Shown here in pieces: positions 21,644 to 30,894 of a stretch of 64,000 nt of DNA; the first letter of the stretch is position 1, and each line of letters starts with the position of its first letter. This DNA comes from an uncultured virus (IMG/VR IMGVR_UViG_3300017963_004045) (taxonomy: Duplodnaviria > Heunggongvirae > Uroviricota > Caudoviricetes). Where the stretch lies: IMG/VR virus record IMGVR_UViG_3300017963_004045, one strand, 5' to 3'. The position numbers and the translations under genes were made by a program. The notes under the pieces were generated by a model, which had not been told where the DNA came from, did no database searches, and was given only the letters and a program-made list of their open reading frames with translations.

Positions 21644-21889
21644 ACATGAAGGACTACAATGTTTACGAGAACGAATTCAGTCATACAGTAGTAAAATGTC
21701 CATATTGCAAGAGGCAATTCACTTTATCCTCTTGGATAAGGGTCAGAGTCGAAGGAATCATGGTCAGTCTGAGCCACCAGTTGAGAGAAAACCCCGTTCT
21801 CGTGAAGGGAAGAGTCGGTAAAATGCAACGGGTGTTATTCAACAAGAAACAACTTGAGAAGTTGAGAAAGACAGTGAGGTGCTAATGTC

Positions 21890-22258
21890 ATGAAGCGTGA
21901 AATCGCAGAGTTACTGATTAAGTCAGCAAGGGAAAAGGCAGAGAAGTTCTCGAATCCAAACAGACTCCAAAATTACACACAGGAGACCTTCAAGGTAGTC
22001 AAGATTGTCCCGTTGAGCGATGAAGTTGCATGGGTCTATTATGAGAAGAAGAAAGGGAACATAGCCAGAGCACTGTTCATATGGACAAATCGTGGTAGGG
22101 TAAACACTAAGTTAATCAACGGTTGGATTGGCTTCTTCCCATCCGATAGCCATATGCTCGGCTTGTCAAAGGCAGTAACGGACAAGCACGATGTAGAGGA
22201 ATTCAATTTCGATATATTCCATCCAAATTACAAAGATAAGGAGGTAGAGAAGAAATGA
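21890..22258 (+). CDS. Hypothetical protein
   Basis: GAGGTG RBS, 122 aa. Confidence 0.65.
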   Translation: MKREIAELLIKSAREKAEKFSNPNRLQNYTQETFKVVKIVPLSDEVAWVYYEKKKGNIARALFIWTNRGRVNTKLINGWIGFFPSDSHMLGLSKAVTDKHDVEEFNFDIFHPNYKDKEVEKK

Positions 22259-22380
22259 AATGCCCATTTGATGATGAAGCATCAGAGCAATGCATACACA
22301 AACAGGAAAATGGAGATTGCACTGGCTACTGTGCCAGAATATCCGTAAACGATATGGCAATTATGGAATCATGATGAATC

Positions 22381-22474
22381 GGAGAATCAGGGTCGGGGGA
22401 GCGAAATGATTTCTAAGCGATGGTTCGTCAGAAGTCATGCGAATTCCTCTCGTAGCGAACCCGTCCCTGCTCCA
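22381..22474 (+). ncRNA. Candidate structured ncRNA (long imperfect hairpin)
   Basis: Intergenic. Nested pairs: GGAG/CTCC, CAGGG/CCCTG, CGGG/CCCG, GGGGA/TTCCT, ATGATTTCT/AGAAGTCAT, GCGA/TCGT. Strand not certain. Confidence 0.5.
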
Positions 22475-22504
22475 ATAACTCAGTAGAAAGCAACAGGTGT
22501 TGAG

Positions 22505-23050
22505 TTGAAGAAGAAATGTGCAATATGCCAGACAGAGAGAACGCTACCGAACCGAGATGCATTCATAGATGAGGGATGGCAGATTGTGGAAGATGGCTAT
22601 ACAAAAGTTGCACATTACTTCTGTCCAGAGGAATCACCAAAGAATGTTGTGAACTTCATCTACAAACAAGGCATAGGGCTGAAGGCTGATAGGGAAACAA
22701 AGAGGAAGTTGAGGGAAAATGCGATTGAGAGTGAAAAACAAAGACAGTTCAGCAGTGGTAAAACATCTGGCAGAATAACGGCAGTCAGGGATAAACTGAG
22801 GGTAGGCTGGATAAATTGCTCGAAATGTGGAGACCCTCAACCAGAGCATAAATTAGAGGCTCAGAAAGGCGGTGAATTGCTATGCAAGAAGTGTGTGGAC
22901 GAGAAGGAAGCCAAGAAACTCATCATCAAGAAAGAAAAGAAAGAAGCCAGAGCGAAGAAGTTGGCTGAGAAGAGGGAGCAGGAAAGAATCAAGAAGGAGG
23001 AAGAAAAATGCCAGAAATCAGGCATAAGAGATTTACGCCATTGGACTTGA
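22505..23050 (+). CDS. Zinc-finger protein with Lys/Glu-rich tail
   Basis: TTG start after the motif at 22492; CAIC, CSKC, CKKC. Confidence 0.65.
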   Translation: MKKKCAICQTERTLPNRDAFIDEGWQIVEDGYTKVAHYFCPEESPKNVVNFIYKQGIGLKADRETKRKLRENAIESEKQRQFSSGKTSGRITAVRDKLRVGWINCSKCGDPQPEHKLEAQKGGELLCKKCVDEKEAKKLIIKKEKKEARAKKLAEKREQERIKKEEEKCQKSGIRDLRHWT

Positions 23051-23544
23051 AGGAGATTGATGCCAATGTCTGCCAGTCTCATGTGTGTAGACCTGAGACA
23101 AGAATGCGGTGCGAGGCTACCCAGAGATGCAGTGCGAACTGGTGCGAAAGGGACAAAGCCAGACTCATAGACATGGACTTGACGGATTTCAGTGATATAA
23201 AGGACAGAGCCTTCGAGACAAGGGATTATACTGAATTGACAGAAGTTGAGAACCGAATCAGGAATGTCCAGCACCAGATATTCAGGAGATGCAGACCAAT
23301 CGAATATGTAATCAAGGATTATAGACCAGAGTTACCAAGACACCTATCAATATTAATGAGGGATGCTTGTAAGACGACAGGGACATTAAACCCAGACGAA
23401 AATCTTCCGTTATTTGAAGAGTATCTCACGGAGGCTGAATACGATGAGGTCAGAGCCTTCTACCAATGGTGCGTTGATAATAACAGGACATTCGGGCACA
23501 ATATCCAGAGCGTTTATAGGCAATTCAGGAAGGAAACGAGTTGA
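23008..23544 (+). CDS. Hypothetical protein
   Basis: GGAGG RBS, 178 aa. Confidence 0.65.
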   Translation: MPEIRHKRFTPLDLKEIDANVCQSHVCRPETRMRCEATQRCSANWCERDKARLIDMDLTDFSDIKDRAFETRDYTELTEVENRIRNVQHQIFRRCRPIEYVIKDYRPELPRHLSILMRDACKTTGTLNPDENLPLFEEYLTEAEYDEVRAFYQWCVDNNRTFGHNIQSVYRQFRKETS

Positions 23545-23548
23545 TTGA

Positions 23549-23977
23549 ATGAGGTCTGGGCAGTCTATCAAGGAAAACGAACTTTGCTTCACGCTAATGT
23601 GTTCCCGATGCAAAGGCAAGGTAATCTTCCCAATGTCCACAAAGCCAGAAGAGGCTAAGAAGAAACTCAGAGATAAATACAACTGGACAGAAGAAAAAGA
23701 GGGAAGCATGAAGAGACTGCTCTGCGAATATTGTTCTGGACTTGCCGTTGACGAATTCAAAGGTAAGAAGAAATCCAAGAATAAAAACAAGAAAAAGGAT
23801 AAGGAAGAATCCGATACCGCCCCCAAGCAGGGTGATGCTGAGGACAAGAAAACAGAGAAGAAAGCAACACCCGTTAAAGAAGAGCCAGAAGGTAAAGTTG
23901 AGGTGGTGTTCGTAGACAAGAAACCCTCAAAACAGAGAAGCCTCAACGACTTGAAGAAGTTAAAACTCGGAGAATAG
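23549..23977 (+). CDS. Zinc-finger protein with Lys-rich tail
   Basis: CSRC and CEYC. Confidence 0.65.
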   Translation: MRSGQSIKENELCFTLMCSRCKGKVIFPMSTKPEEAKKKLRDKYNWTEEKEGSMKRLLCEYCSGLAVDEFKGKKKSKNKNKKKDKEESDTAPKQGDAEDKKTEKKATPVKEEPEGKVEVVFVDKKPSKQRSLNDLKKLKLGE

Positions 23978-23992
23978 TAACAGGCGTTGAAA

Positions 23993-25627
23993 ATGTCAGA
24001 GAAGGATAATCAAATCAAGAGAGTATTGGGAAATAAAGTCATCGTAGACTTAAACCGCATGAGAGGTTATAGGGCAATGCCACCAAGAAATGCTCGTGTT
24101 AAAGCAATCCAGAGATGTGCAAGGGGGACGAAAACAGAGAGCAGAAAGGAATGCTTCGATTCCCCTCCGAAAATAAAGGAAGGCAGAGAAAGATGTCTCT
24201 ACTGGCACGAAGAGAGGCAGGAATGCATATTAGTTGCTGGAGACGGTCTGGAATGTCTTTATCCAGATTGCGATGATTATGTAGAGATGAAGGCAAACGA
24301 ATCGAGAATATCTTCCCCAGAGCAGATTAGAAGCCCCCAGAGAGAGACAACCACGAACAAAGAATATCACAATATGCTGATAGAGAAATGGCTTCAGGAT
24401 GGGGTCATCACGGAGAAGGAGGCTCAAGCAATCAGGGACGGTCTGGACGGCAAGAGGCAGATAAAATCAACACCAGTTGAAGCAGAGAAGCCAATAGACC
24501 ACACAAGCGTTAGACTCAAGAAGATGAAGGAGAAGATGGGTCTGAAGAGACCAGATGAGAAGGAAAGGGAAAAGGAAAAGAGCCTGAAAGAGAGATATGA
24601 TTATCTGGATGATTACGACATCAAGGAAGTCAAAAGGCTGATGAAACTCCCAAGAAAGAAGTGGAACGATGTCTTGCTGGATTTTGCCTACCGCTTCAAT
24701 TTAAACATGAATACAGAGGTAGATAGAGAATCAATGGCTGTGTTCATGATACAGCATCGCAAAGACGAAATTGAGAAATCCGCTAAGGCGGGAGTCATAA
24801 ATCTTAACAATCTAACTTACAAGGAACTGGTATCTCTGGCTCATCGACTCGAAAAGCAACTGTCAAGAGCGTATCCAAACTTCAAAATCAACAAGAATAG
24901 TCGAAGGTATGAACTCATAGACCAAATTAGAGATGCAATGAGGGAATTCCATTCAAGAATAGACATAGACCTCGTGCCACTGTGCCCGAACTGTGCAGAG
25001 AGGCTTATAGAAGATGGTAACGAACTCATGTTAACGGAGTCCGAACAAATAAGATGCATGGAATGTTCATTCGAGTGCGAAGGCTGTGGCGGTATTTTCT
25101 CAATTGAACAAAGGCGAGGGGACAATCTCTGTCGGGAATGCGATAGAAGAAAGACACTTGAAAGGAGAGGCAGACCAAAATCATGGAGTTACAAACACAC
25201 CTCAAAGGAAGGGCACATCAGGAAACGCTTCTCATCCGACAAAATTCAGAGGAATGCCATTGGAGAGCCTGTTGAAGTTGACGATATAACAGGCAAGAAG
25301 AAAATGGCACTTGAAAAGATGAGGGACTCTAAGTCAAAGAAAGCATCCCCGTTGGACGAGATATTAGAAGAGGCGTTCAAGGAAGAAGATGGCGAAGGCT
25401 TCACCCTATTGAAATCAGCCACAATCTATCCAGTCGAAAGAATGTGGCTTGAGTTCTACGAATACAAGGACATTCAGAAGATTGCCAGAGCACTTGAAAA
25501 GCATCTCGAAGAGAAATTAGGTGAGTCTTGCACCATCAACAAGAAAGCGAACAAGGACAATCTAATTTCCCAGATAGAATCCGTTGCTAAGGCTTTCGGA
25601 GTTAAGAACATCGAGATTGAGGATTAA
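23993..25627 (+). CDS. Multidomain protein with two HeH (Rho-N/SAP-like) repeats and CxxC fingers
   Basis: LTYKELVSLAHRLE...INKNSRRYELIDQI and YEYKDIQKIARALE...INKKANKDNLISQI; CPNC, CMEC, CEGC, CREC. Confidence 0.7.
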   Translation: MSEKDNQIKRVLGNKVIVDLNRMRGYRAMPPRNARVKAIQRCARGTKTESRKECFDSPPKIKEGRERCLYWHEERQECILVAGDGLECLYPDCDDYVEMKANESRISSPEQIRSPQRETTTNKEYHNMLIEKWLQDGVITEKEAQAIRDGLDGKRQIKSTPVEAEKPIDHTSVRLKKMKEKMGLKRPDEKEREKEKSLKERYDYLDDYDIKEVKRLMKLPRKKWNDVLLDFAYRFNLNMNTEVDRESMAVFMIQHRKDEIEKSAKAGVINLNNLTYKELVSLAHRLEKQLSRAYPNFKINKNSRRYELIDQIRDAMREFHSRIDIDLVPLCPNCAERLIEDGNELMLTESEQIRCMECSFECEGCGGIFSIEQRRGDNLCRECDRRKTLERRGRPKSWSYKHTSKEGHIRKRFSSDKIQRNAIGEPVEVDDITGKKKMALEKMRDSKSKKASPLDEILEEAFKEEDGEGFTLLKSATIYPVERMWLEFYEYKDIQKIARALEKHLEEKLGESCTINKKANKDNLISQIESVAKAFGVKNIEIED

Positions 25628-25638
25628 CGGGTGTTGAA

Positions 25639-26289
25639 ATGGAGAAGAACCAGAGCATCAGAATAAGCAAGATGAGGAGAAGGCTCGGTCTTGAGCCAGA
25701 GCCAGAGAAACCAAAGCCGAGACCTCGTGATGGTAGCGGAAAGGGTGTAAGGCTAAGTAAAGCCAGACTGAGCAAAGACAGTGAAACAATCGATAGATTG
25801 CATGAGAATGGAGAGATTACAACCACAGAATATCAGAACATCAAGAAGAGGCTTGAAGCACTTCAGAAAGACATCGCAATCCTAAAAGACGGAATGGACG
25901 GCAGAGAGATAGGGGTATGTGCAGGTTGCGAGGATAGATTCGATAGAGAAGAACTAATGACCCATCGCAATGGCAGTGATTTACTATGTGAGGATTGCAG
26001 GTATCATTGCTACTGGTGTGATGATGTTCTTACAGAAGATGAAGCGTTTGTAACCGAAAGCGGTGAGCACATCTGCGAAGGCTGTATGACGAACTGTCCA
26101 CTCTGCGACTCCATCAATCATCCAGACGAGTTGGAAGAGAATACCGATACAGGAGACTATGTATGCGAAGATTGTTACAGTCAATGGAAAGAAGAGAAGG
26201 AAGAGGAGGAGAGTGAACGGGAAAGAGAGGAAGAAGGGGAACAGGCAAAATACCTGAGAAAAGTCCTTTACATTAAGCAGGTGAATTAA
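25639..26289 (+). CDS. Multi-zinc-finger protein with acidic tail
   Basis: Six CxxC pairs in repeating CxxC...LCEDC units; ATG 4 nt after the motif at 25626. Confidence 0.75.
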   Translation: MEKNQSIRISKMRRRLGLEPEPEKPKPRPRDGSGKGVRLSKARLSKDSETIDRLHENGEITTTEYQNIKKRLEALQKDIAILKDGMDGREIGVCAGCEDRFDREELMTHRNGSDLLCEDCRYHCYWCDDVLTEDEAFVTESGEHICEGCMTNCPLCDSINHPDELEENTDTGDYVCEDCYSQWKEEKEEEESEREREEEGEQAKYLRKVLYIKQVN

Positions 26290-26370
26290 GAAACACGGAA
26301 TAATCTAACACTCGTTCATTCATCGACCAATTTTTAAAGGCATACCGCATATCCCTGCTCTACTTCGGAG

Positions 26371-26598
26371 TTGGTCGCTGTGGAGTTTGACGGATACGAT
26401 ATTACAAGGCGTGGCTATTGCTTGATTTGTGGGACGAGATTAATGACTGGAGAGGTTTGTCATGATTGCTATGACCCGACAGAAACGAGAAGGGAATTAT
26501 GGGAGAGGGTTCTACAGGCGAACCCTAATGATGCAAAGGAGTTGATGATAGCAAGAGAGATACCGAAGGAGCAGAGTAGTCTGATGTCATTCAGATGA
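26371..26598 (+). CDS. Small zinc-finger protein
   Basis: CLIC and CHDC; upstream TATA-like ATTTTTAAAG. Confidence 0.5.
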   Translation: MVAVEFDGYDITRRGYCLICGTRLMTGEVCHDCYDPTETRRELWERVLQANPNDAKELMIAREIPKEQSSLMSFR

Positions 26599-26624
26599 AA
26601 GGGATGGGAAAAAATGAGAGGCTT

Positions 26625-26679
26625 GTCGCAAATACTGGACATCAGAAAAAGTCGCACATTTGTCGCACTTTTTGTCGCA
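26625..26679. repeat. Four GTCGCA direct repeats (iteron/operator-like)
   Basis: GTCGCA at 26625, 26651, 26662, 26674; the last three are spaced 11-12 bp. Confidence 0.7.
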
Positions 26680-26696
26680 TATCATAGGGGGTAATC

Positions 26697-27854
26697 ATGC
26701 CCCCCCGAAGTTCTCGGAGGGGCAAGGCTTCCAGACCAAAGGACATTGATGAGGCGAAGGAGTTCTTAGAAAGTCGAAAAGGCGAAGAGTTCCATACAAA
26801 GTATATCGCTGGACACATCCAAAGGAAGAATAAAGATGACCGTCCATACAAGAGGATATATGATTCTGTAAGGAGAGGACTGGAGAGGCTCAGGGAAGGA
26901 GGAGAAGTCCAGTCCGTCAAGAAGGGCAGAGATGTATTCTGGATAATCCCTTCTGCCGAGACAGTTGATGAGCAAGTTCTGGAACTCGAAAGACAACTTG
27001 GGGACATCATAATAGACCCCAAGCGTCCACCACCAGAACTCCACAATGTCCATTTCTACATCAAAAAGGAGAACTGCGACAAATTTGAAGTCCCCCTTTC
27101 AGACAGGTTGAAAACGCTGTTTAACACCATCGACCCACGCTCAGCCTACCAGAGACTACTTAAAACAGCCAGTGGGAGGGTGTCGCAGATAAGGGGAGGC
27201 GTGATGGAATACCATGAATGGAAGGGCAGGACGGTCTGTCTTGAACTCTACGGCACAGGCTCTATGAACATCACCATAAACGCTTCCGAGCACCCACTGT
27301 CCATCGAGGACTACCTATTCTTTGAGGAGTGGCTTGATGCCACCCTCAAAGCAAGAACGGGCTACAGTTTCATCGAGTTGCAGGACATCACTACAGTCTG
27401 TTGGGAATGGGCAGTAGACAGTCTCCCGCCAGAGAGAATCGACCTCAGTGGCAAATACGCCATCACGGTCAGGCAGTTTGACGGCATGGTGTCCCGACTC
27501 TACCTAAAACACTTCAAGGACGGCACAATCAAGGAAAGGATGGAGCAGGTCGTGAACACCGAGATAAAATACGATGAATGGATGCAGGGGAGTTTGGTGC
27601 AGATGGCAGGAGGTGTCAACAGCCAGTTCCTCATCCGAGAGTCCTTCGAGCACAAGAAGAACATGGAAGCGATGGCTAAGGTGTTGGAGGCTCAGGGCAA
27701 CGCCCTCATCACAAACCAGAATGTCTTGCAGAAGCAGGGTAACGACACCGAGCACCTTCAACGCTGTATCGAGAAGATAGCCAAAGACATGAACATCACG
27801 CTCCCGAAGAAGCGTAACAGCCTCAAAGAAAAGGACACCGAGCCAGAGAACTAA
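26697..27854 (+). CDS. N-terminal winged-HTH protein, possible replication initiator or regulator, with C-terminal coiled coil
   Basis: IYDSVRRGLERLREGGEVQSVKKGRDVFW is wHTH-like; LHN motif; function inferred. Confidence 0.6.
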   Translation: MPPRSSRRGKASRPKDIDEAKEFLESRKGEEFHTKYIAGHIQRKNKDDRPYKRIYDSVRRGLERLREGGEVQSVKKGRDVFWIIPSAETVDEQVLELERQLGDIIIDPKRPPPELHNVHFYIKKENCDKFEVPLSDRLKTLFNTIDPRSAYQRLLKTASGRVSQIRGGVMEYHEWKGRTVCLELYGTGSMNITINASEHPLSIEDYLFFEEWLDATLKARTGYSFIELQDITTVCWEWAVDSLPPERIDLSGKYAITVRQFDGMVSRLYLKHFKDGTIKERMEQVVNTEIKYDEWMQGSLVQMAGGVNSQFLIRESFEHKKNMEAMAKVLEAQGNALITNQNVLQKQGNDTEHLQRCIEKIAKDMNITLPKKRNSLKEKDTEPEN

Positions 27855-27932
27855 CACTCGTTAGAATTAGGGATTATCCCAAGATTGCAGTCAGTTTTAT
27901 GGAAAGTCCCAGAAAATTAGGATAATGATAAA

Positions 27933-28178
27933 ATGAACCCGAAGAAAATAAAGGAATGGATACTGTCCCTCCACCGAGAGCCAGACCAAAGTGCACCCAT
28001 GTTGGCGAAGAAATCAAAGGTAACTCCAGCCACAGTCCGTAATTACATGGAGGTTCTGGAGGAACTGGAAATCGTGGATTCGAGCACCTACATAGAATGC
28101 AAGGACGGAAGGAGTTACAGAACCTACCGCCTCAGCATCCCGTTCAAGAAATTTCTAAGAGGGACTGAATTGGTATGA
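27933..28178 (+). CDS. Winged-HTH DNA-binding protein
   Basis: SAPMLAKKSKVTPATVRNYMEVLEELEIV...RTYRL. Confidence 0.75.
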   Translation: MNPKKIKEWILSLHREPDQSAPMLAKKSKVTPATVRNYMEVLEELEIVDSSTYIECKDGRSYRTYRLSIPFKKFLRGTELV

Positions 28179-29301
28179 AGAAACTATCTTCAGTAAAGAT
28201 ACTATAGATAGTAAAGACATGGGTTGAGCCAGATGATGAAAGAACGGCTCAGTCACATGACCGATGAGGAGAAGGTAGAGGCTCGAAAGAAAGCGATGAA
28301 CATGACTGGCAGAGAGATGACCGCAGAGGTTCGGAAGGAGACACCACCGCCCTACTGGGACATCGAGAACAGAAGCGGACAGTGGAAAGATGTATAAGAT
28401 ATGTCCAGATTGCAGTTCCAAGATGCTCCAGTCCCGTAAGGAATGCACCATCTGTGGGCATCGGTTCAAAGAGGAGGAGAATCATAGCCAAAAATCGCTA
28501 TGAAGAAATGATTGAGACTCGTCTTAAAAGGCATCTTATGGTTAAAGATAGACGCAAAGAGGTATATTAGCCAGTCGCTCTGAATTCCTCTTTATGTCTA
28601 AATTTAACCATTATTTGCCTTATATTTAGTCAAGTAAATATTAAGAGTTTGAGAACATTTAAAATACATACAAAAAAAATGTATCTAAAAAAATTATATC
28701 TTAAAAAAAATAGACATAATCCATAAGGGAAATGTCGCTATGGAAGGCAACATCCAGATTGGTCTATTATGCAGGGGTATGCTGATAGCCCTACAAAAGC
28801 CAGTCATCGAAAATAAGGCTATCGCCCTCTCACAGCATAATAGATTAATATGAGAATCATAAAAGTTTGAGAACAATAAATGGAGGTGAAAAAATCGGAA
28901 AATATAGAGTGTATTTCGACCAAGTGAACGCAACCTATTTCGATGTCAGTGCCAGAAGCAAAGACGAGGCACTGAAGAAGGGGAGGAAAGAGTGGAAGGA
29001 AAGTCTGGACGGGTTTCACCCAGAAGCCACAGTCGAAAGGCTAAAATGAAGTGCAGTCCAGAGGACTGTGAAATATTCAAAGGCAAGATATTAGCCTGTC
29101 GAGATTGTGAGGCGATGAAAAGTGGAGAAATGCGGAGCAAATGTAACACCGAAGAAAGGATGTGAGTTCCACTTCTGCACACTTGAGAAAGGGCACACTG
29201 GCAAACATAAATGTCCATGTGGCTTCAAGTGGAGAGAAGGCGAAATTATCTTATAAAGAAAAAAATATTAAATGAAGGAATAGCGATACAAGGCTGATTC
29301 A

Positions 29302-29688
29302 ATGAAGAAAGATGTTTTGGCAATGAGGCAGATAGTGGACGAGGTAATGTCCAACCATCCTGAAACGAGAAACTCAGATAAGTTATTGACATTCAAAGTC
29401 CTTGAGAGACTGGGCTTGATTACAGACACTGGACACGGCTACTATTTCACGAAGTCAAAGATAAGCGAAATGCCATCCTTCCAGTCCATCAGGCTCGTAA
29501 GACAAATCATCCAGAACCAAGAAAAGCGTCTGCTACCCACAGACCCAGAGGTTATGAGGCTACGCAGAATTTATGATGCAGAGATGAAGGACATCCACAA
29601 ATGGTATGATGATGACGAGGAGAACCCAGACGACCTGATAAACAACTTCGACAGGGACGACAGACAGAGACGATTTAGAGTAAAATAA
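29302..29688 (+). CDS. Hypothetical protein, paralog of the C-terminal half of 18894..19514
   Basis: TRNSDKLLTFKVL...MPSFQSIRLVRQIIQ...LLPTDPEV...MKDIHKW. Confidence 0.75.
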   Translation: MKKDVLAMRQIVDEVMSNHPETRNSDKLLTFKVLERLGLITDTGHGYYFTKSKISEMPSFQSIRLVRQIIQNQEKRLLPTDPEVMRLRRIYDAEMKDIHKWYDDDEENPDDLINNFDRDDRQRRFRVK

Positions 29689-30135
29689 CAACAGTTAAAT
29701 AATACTCGTCTGATACACACTCTCATGAGGTCTATAAGGGAGAATGTTACATTCTACGGTCAGAGGCTCGGTTTACTTGTTGCTTCAGGAATACTTCTCA
29801 GTGTCATGGCACTGGCTCTCTTAGAGGCTGTGGGCATCAAAGTAGTCTGAGGGATAAGTTGAAGGTGCTGGATGGAACGATTGCACTCTATGAGCCGAAG
29901 CCAAAGAGGTTCACATACGAGAACTTCAAGTTGATGTTGTATGTGATTCCAGTAATGATGACTCTGGTAATCTATCAATATGTCTGGAGGGACTTGTGAA
30001 TCATGTTATACATGCCCGACCCAAGACCAATGGTAAGAGCAATCATAGACTGGCAGAATGCGATTACGGGGCTTCTGGATGCAATTGACAAGGCAGGATT
30101 GATAGCATGAGGATGGATAAGTTACAACGGGTGTT

Positions 30136-30432
30136 GTGGTCTATCATGTGCTTAGAGGTCTTTACCATGTTCCACATACCGTTCTGGCAGAGCATCGGGG
30201 CACTACCATGACCGAAGATAAGAAATCGAGAAAGGACAAGACTGTTGACGAACTAATCGGCATGGGTGTGCTCTGCGGATTCGGAGGTGTAATACTGTCT
30301 GTCATCGTGGCGGTGATGTATAAGAGTGTATTCTGCCACATCATGTCATTCGTGTTCTTCATCACCTTCATAGCCTCAGTGACTCTAATGAAGAGGAGGA
30401 AGAAACTTGAGGGAAAGGAAGATGAACAGTGA
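30136..30432 (+). CDS. Small two-TM membrane protein
   Basis: Two hydrophobic stretches and a basic tail; start uncertain. Confidence 0.55.
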   Translation: MVYHVLRGLYHVPHTVLAEHRGTTMTEDKKSRKDKTVDELIGMGVLCGFGGVILSVIVAVMYKSVFCHIMSFVFFITFIASVTLMKRRKKLEGKEDEQ

Positions 30433-30894
30433 CGGAGACCATGAAAGATGGGTTACATTCGGTGTAATCGCCTTTGTCTTAGCACTCTACATATCTTACC
30501 CGTTTTGGTAGGTGACGGACTTTTCGCTTGATTCTGCGAAACAACCGTCACCTGCACCGAAATGCGACAAGGAGAGTCTCGGAAGATGAGGAAAGGGATT
30601 ATTTCAATTGGAAAAATAGGAAAATCAGGAAAACTTGTCGGAAACCCGCCCTGCTCGGCATTATCGCAATGCCGAAACATTAGCGGAGTAAGTCTTGACA
30701 TTCTTATATAGAATGTAAAAAGAAAGACACTGGCTACCTTTCAAGAGGGTTGTTTGTTTGACATTACCCTATAGCAACCGTAAACCTTTTTAACACCCTC
30801 ATCTATTACGGTAATCTAAAGTGTCATGTAAGGGAAAGGCATTGTCATAATGCTCAGACCAACGGGCATGACAAGAATGCAACGGGTGTTGAAA

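Noticed and set aside
22255..22474. Hairpin as an archaeal SECIS for the upstream TGA-ending Cys-rich ORF
   Set aside because: The ORF ends in tandem TGA TGA with no convincing read-through product or selenoprotein homology
26371..26598. C-terminal PIP-box (EQSSLMSF)
   Set aside because: A single short degenerate match that could easily be chance
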